DNA from: Patescibacteria group bacterium
Lineage (GTDB): Bacteria > Patescibacteriota > Microgenomatia > JAMCZE01
Reading direction: 5' to 3'
Assembly: GCA_023380635.1 (NCBI GenBank)
Contig: JAMCRP010000002.1
Span: 42,458-106,457 of the forward strand
Length of the DNA: 64,000 bases
Part shown: one piece after another, positions 63,363-64,000 of the stretch
How positions within the stretch are numbered: position 1 is the stretch's first letter
How the letters are laid out: each line of letters begins with the position of its first letter
The notes under the pieces: model-generated
Seen by the model: the letters and a program-made list of their open reading frames with translations, nothing else
Database searches by the model: none
Told to the model about the DNA's origin: nothing
Position numbers and translations under genes: made by a program

Positions 63363-64000
63363 GATTTAAAGAAAATTCTGACAACTCAACTAGCCCGTAA
63401 AGTTCCCGAGATTATTGCCCTGTTTTGGATAATTAAACTTTTAACAACAGCTCTGGGGGAATCGGTTTCTGATTATTTAGTCCACACGATTAATCCGGTT
63501 ATTGCCGTGTTATTAGGAGCGGTGGGGTTGGCTGTGGCTATTGTTCTTCAGTTCTGGGCAAAAAAGTATATTGCCGGGATTTATTGGCTGGCTGTGGTGA
63601 TGGTTGCTATTTTTGGAACCATGGCGGCGGATGTGGTCCATATTGTTTTGGGTGTGCCGTATTTAATCTCCACCATCTTTTTTTCCATCTGTCTAGTTAT
63701 CATTTTCAATATTTGGTACAAGACTGAGCATAGCTTATCCATCCACACCATTAATAACCCGGGCAGGGAAGTGTTTTATTGGACAACAGTCATGATTACT
63801 TTTGCCTTGGGAACTGCTGCCGGAGACATGACAGCGATTACGTTGGGTTGGGGCTATCTGGCATCCGGGATACTCTTTATAATACTTTTTCTTATGCCGC
63901 TATTCGCCAGAAAATTCTTTAAGGCCAACGAAACCTTGACTTTTTGGCTGGCTTACATCGTCACCCGGCCGTTGGGCGCCTCTTTTGCCGACTATTTTGG
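63363..64000 (+). CDS. hypothetical polytopic membrane protein, 3'-partial (runs off the window)
   Basis: ATG at 63363 (MDLKKILTTQLARKVPEI...) with an open frame to the window end and multiple TM helices. Confidence 0.45.

Overview
This 64-kb window has a gene-dense, small-genome look with Gram-positive-type surface machinery (sortases, an LPATG sorting signal); the gene content is most consistent with a Patescibacteria/CPR-like organism, but that is inference. Housekeeping genes: leuS, argS (ATGA-overlapping a ComEC-like channel gene), an M16 peptidase, ndk, mreB, tRNA-Pro(CGG), tRNA-Arg(CCT), the conserved secE-nusG-rplK-rplA-rplJ-rplL cluster on the minus strand, Fe/Mn superoxide dismutase, a PEBP protein, a P-type ATPase, a ZIP transporter, a PAP2 phosphatase, ArsR, and a NrdH-like glutaredoxin. 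The main accessory locus (15.4-37.8 kb) holds two mosaic giant genes of 1569 and 4697 codons. Each encodes tandem N-terminal MerR-type HTH domains, a single TM helix, and a very large extracellular region with tail-fibre-like 'GNVGIGTT' repeats, two ConA/LamG-like lectin domains, and (in the larger gene) a peptidase-S74 intramolecular-chaperone domain. The two genes share a 521-bp block of 100% identity and conserved 3' modules. They flank a TagA/WecB-type glycosyltransferase and are followed by three Avd-like four-helix-bundle proteins and an excisionase-type HTH gene whose 3' end is duplicated. A second accessory locus (43-52.5 kb) encodes repeat-rich secreted proteins, an LPATG-anchored protein and its sortase. 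Two families of short tandem repeats ('nnnCTTAAG' 9-mers and 'AATTT(G/C)AA' 8-mers) sit immediately upstream of many genes. Several essential genes (argS, mreB, possibly leuS) carry in-frame imperfect-palindrome insertions. No CRISPR array, rRNA, transposase or reverse transcriptase was recognised.
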